A stretch of 64,000 bases of DNA from Candidatus Hermodarchaeota archaeon (GTDB lineage Archaea > Asgardarchaeota > Lokiarchaeia > Sigyniarchaeales > SOKP01), in the NCBI GenBank assembly GCA_048885535.1, contig JBHLLO010000007.1, forward strand, positions 1-64,000, given 5' to 3'. This document shows positions 61,068-64,000 of the stretch, piece by piece (the first letter of the stretch is position 1; each line of letters starts with the position of its first letter). A program made the position numbers and the translations under genes. The notes under the pieces are model-generated. The model searched no databases. It saw only the letters and a program-made list of their open reading frames with translations, and was not told the DNA's origin.

Positions 61068-61817
61068 ATGGTTAAAATAGGAATTATTGGAGGCTCAGGA
61101 TTAGATAACCCAGATATTTTAAAAGATGCTATGGATTTGGAAGTTAACACTGCTTACGGAAAGCCAAGTTCGCCTTTAAAGTTAGGAAAAATTCATGATG
61201 TCGAAGTAGTACTTATAGCAAGACATGGAAGAGAACATACAATTCCTCCAACGCAAGTAAATTATAGAGCAAATATACAAGCACTGAAAGATCAAGGTTG
61301 TACTCACATCCTTGCTACAACTGCTTGCGGAAGCTTGAGAGAAAAAATCGGAAGAGGAGATTTTGTAATTATTGACCAATTTATTGATTTCACACGCCTT
61401 CGGAAAGTCAGTTTTTTTGAAGAATTTCCTCCACACGAACCAAAGCATGCTACTATGGCTTATCCATATTCAGAAAAATTAAGAAAGATCTTAATTGATA
61501 CTGCTGAAGAACTACATCTAAAATACCATGAGAAAGGTACAGTAGTCACTATCGAAGGACCGAGATTTTCAACAAGGGCTGAGTCAGAGATGTTCAGAAT
61601 ATGGGGTGCTGATATTATAAATATGAGTATTGCTCCTGAAACAATTTTAGCAAATGAAGCAGGTATCCCTTATGCTGCAATAGCAATGTCAACTGATTAT
61701 GATTGTTGGAAAGATGATGAAGTTCCCGTTACTTGGGAAGAAATACTTGAGATTTTTGGTAAAAATGTAAATAATGTTATTTCTTTATTGACTAATGCTA
61801 TTAAAAAAATTAAATAA
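61068..61817 (+). CDS. mtnP: S-methyl-5'-thioadenosine phosphorylase
   Basis: KIGIIGGSG, ARHGREHTIPP.QVNYRANI, EGPRFSTRAES and TDYDCW. Confidence 0.93.
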   Translation: MVKIGIIGGSGLDNPDILKDAMDLEVNTAYGKPSSPLKLGKIHDVEVVLIARHGREHTIPPTQVNYRANIQALKDQGCTHILATTACGSLREKIGRGDFVIIDQFIDFTRLRKVSFFEEFPPHEPKHATMAYPYSEKLRKILIDTAEELHLKYHEKGTVVTIEGPRFSTRAESEMFRIWGADIINMSIAPETILANEAGIPYAAIAMSTDYDCWKDDEVPVTWEEILEIFGKNVNNVISLLTNAIKKIK

Positions 61818-61951
61818 TCTAGTCACATAATCTTTCTTTTATTTTTTAAAAATAAATCTTGAATATAAAGAAAAAATTGATAACTCTTGAATGTTTTAAA
61901 TTAGTGAAAATACCCTTGATTTATATAATAACTTAATAATTGACAAGATAA

Positions 61952-63253
61952 ATGGTTAAGATTTCATTTCTAGGAGGATGCAGGGAAGTAGGCCGTTCCG
62001 CAATTGCAATTGAATCTAATAATGGTGAGCAATGCGTATTAGATTATGGTGTAAGATTTAAAGAAGATGATCGCTTGCCCTATGATTCAAATTTTGCAAA
62101 TCTTAAAGCTATTGCATTAAGTCATTGCCATATCGATCATTCAGGAGGTTTGCCTTACCTCATCAAGAAATATAATGTGCCTTTCTTTACTAATCCAATT
62201 ACTTTGAGAATTTCCGAAATTCTTTTAAGGGATATGATAAAAATCTCAAAATACCCATACCCTTTTGGATACCGAGAAGTAGAAAAATTAAGACAAAATG
62301 CCCAATTCTTGGAAAATGGAGTCAGAAAAAAGATAAACGAAGATTTTTATATAACTTTTTACAACGCTGGACATATTCCTGGTAGCGTTTCAATTTTAAT
62401 TGAAGTTGACAAAAAGAAAATTCTGTATACAGGAGATATAAATTTGATTAATACAAATTTAGTTTATCCTGCCGAAACTTCAATTAAAACAAAAATTGAT
62501 GTTTTAATAATCGAATCAACCTATGCTTTAAAAGAACATCCTTCAAGAAAGGAACTTGAACAAAAATTTGTGGAAGAAATATCAAATGTGAATGAAAATG
62601 GTGGTAGAGTACTTATTCCCGCCTTCGGTGTCGCTAGATCACAAGAAATTCTACTTATTTTAAATAAATATAATTTAGATAGCCATATTTATATGGATGG
62701 ATTAGCTAGAAAAGTTGGAGTGACTTATTCAAACTTTCCATTAGCATTTAGAGACTTTGGCATTTATAAGAGATCCTTAAAAAAAGTTCAGTTTGTATCT
62801 GAAAACAATCGGAAAAAAATAGGTAAAAAATCTAAATCAATCATAATATCTCCTTCCGGAATGCTAAAAGGGGGAGCCGCCATTGATTATCTCAAAATGA
62901 TCATAAATGATCCAAATTCAGCAATATTTCTTGTCGGATATCAAGTCGAAGGAACACCTGGAAGAAGATTATTAGATGAAAGGATTTATGAATATCCTAA
63001 TAAAAACATAAACAATGATTTGAATAGAATAATAAAAAGAGCGGATTGTTTAATCGATTACTATGATTTCTCGAGTCATGCTGATAGACCGCATCTATTC
63101 AAGTATCTATATAATCAAGAATTTAATGATAATTCAAAATTTATCTTTTGTTTACATGGTGATGATAAATCAACTACATTGTTTGCAAAAGATTTGGCTA
63201 ATGAAGGCTTTAATTCGGTTGCTCCTGAAATTGGAGAAGTATATAAAATATAG
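61952..63253 (+). CDS. Beta-CASP metallo-beta-lactamase ribonuclease (CPSF-like, no KH domains)
   Basis: LGGCREVGRS, SHCHIDHSG, AGHIPGS, ESTY, PAFGVARSQE, GYQVEGTPGR and FSSHAD. Confidence 0.9.
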   Translation: MVKISFLGGCREVGRSAIAIESNNGEQCVLDYGVRFKEDDRLPYDSNFANLKAIALSHCHIDHSGGLPYLIKKYNVPFFTNPITLRISEILLRDMIKISKYPYPFGYREVEKLRQNAQFLENGVRKKINEDFYITFYNAGHIPGSVSILIEVDKKKILYTGDINLINTNLVYPAETSIKTKIDVLIIESTYALKEHPSRKELEQKFVEEISNVNENGGRVLIPAFGVARSQEILLILNKYNLDSHIYMDGLARKVGVTYSNFPLAFRDFGIYKRSLKKVQFVSENNRKKIGKKSKSIIISPSGMLKGGAAIDYLKMIINDPNSAIFLVGYQVEGTPGRRLLDERIYEYPNKNINNDLNRIIKRADCLIDYYDFSSHADRPHLFKYLYNQEFNDNSKFIFCLHGDDKSTTLFAKDLANEGFNSVAPEIGEVYKI

Positions 63254-63263
63254 ACAATAATAA

Positions 63264-64000
63264 TTAATGTTCCAGCTGTTTTTTAACTGAAATATTACAG
63301 TTCTCTAAAAATTCATCGACTTTATAAGATGGTATTTTTGCACCTGCAGCTAAGGGGTGTCCTCCTCCAAGAGTATCTATATTTGTTAACTTTAACGTAT
63401 CTCTTACTACTTCTGATAAATTTAATCCTTTCTTTAATAATATTTCGTTAGCTCTAGCTGAAACCTTATATATATCTTCATCAACTCTTTTAGCAAATCC
63501 AAATATAGGTTTTGTGTTATCTATCAATTCGTTCTCCTCAAAAATTAACATAGAACAAATGGTGCCAATTATATTTTCTGGAATAACATCTTCACCGAAA
63601 AAATATTGAATGAACTCTTTTTGTTGAATTTTTTTATTTTCATAAATCCATGATAATGCTTTAGAAATAGATTTTTTATACAAAATTAAGTTTTCCTGAG
63701 CTTTTTGAAATGCATTTGTTCTATCACCCATCGCAACGGCAATTCCTAATGCACCGTTATCAGTTCTTCCACACGAATTCAATAAATTCGAAAATTCACT
63801 CAGATCATTAAGTTCTGGTACATTGATTTCATTTTTTAATATATATCTGTTAATTATTAATTTAGTGATTACTTCATTCGGATCAAGATTTAATTTAACC
63901 GATGTATATCTTATAATTGCCGATGAAACTTTTTGTTTTTCACTCTGATTTAACTCATTTAATGTTTTTATGTTTCCATTTGTGTTTTTCATTAACACAC
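63264..64000 (-). CDS. DHH-family RecJ/GAN-like phosphoesterase, C-terminal DHHA1 part (5' end outside the window)
   Basis: EFSNLLNSCGR, KVSAR and GGGHPLAAGA. Confidence 0.82.
   Translation of the reverse strand, partial: VLMKNTNGNIKTLNELNQSEKQKVSSAIIRYTSVKLNLDPNEVITKLIINRYILKNEINVPELNDLSEFSNLLNSCGRTDNGALGIAVAMGDRTNAFQKAQENLILYKKSISKALSWIYENKKIQQKEFIQYFFGEDVIPENIIGTICSMLIFEENELIDNTKPIFGFAKRVDEDIYKVSARANEILLKKGLNLSEVVRDTLKLTNIDTLGGGHPLAAGAKIPSYKVDEFLENCNISVKKQLEH

Noticed and set aside
2515-63260. Short alternative-frame ORFs (e.g. 2515, 3370, 4309, 6748, 7325, 12444, 14992, 20882, 21503, 30425, 44712, 52685, 61182, 63063)
   Set aside because: All overlap well-supported genes on the opposite strand or in another frame and have no recognisable motifs.
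1-64000. CRISPR arrays, tRNA/rRNA genes, IS elements, proviral genes
   Set aside because: No periodic repeats, cloverleafs, long GC-rich non-coding tracts, transposases or integrases seen; intergenic regions are short and very AT-rich.

Overview
AT-rich archaeal chromosomal window, most consistent with an Asgard archaeon of the Lokiarchaeia. Evidence: Alba, ftr/mtd, an archaeal-type GlyRS, a Loki-CTERM-like surface protein, a Rag/Gtr1-like GTPase-roadblock protein and many TPR and GNAT genes. It has about 59 protein genes; I recognised no rRNA, tRNA, CRISPR array or transposase. Main blocks: (i) an orphan N6-adenine methyltransferase fused to a specificity domain; (ii) a ~24 kb lipid/acyl-CoA catabolism island with 5 thiolase-fold proteins, 5 DUF35, 2 SCP2, 2 CoA ligases, hydratases, an ACAD, a BKACE and a FAD oxidoreductase plus ferredoxin reductase; (iii) TPR, GNAT and membrane genes; (iv) glyS and two large surface proteins; (v) a C1/glycine/purine-salvage block (ftr, mtd, apt, gcvTHPAPB, a PfkB kinase, mtnP). 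Standout observation: the Rag-like GTPase gene is interrupted between its G2 and G3 motifs by a 30-nt insert (54384-54413) with two in-frame UGA codons. The insert's ends fall exactly at the cleavage positions of a bulge-helix-bulge motif, making it a candidate tRNA-type mRNA intron in a eukaryotic-signature gene. All calls are from motif recognition by eye; no searches were run.
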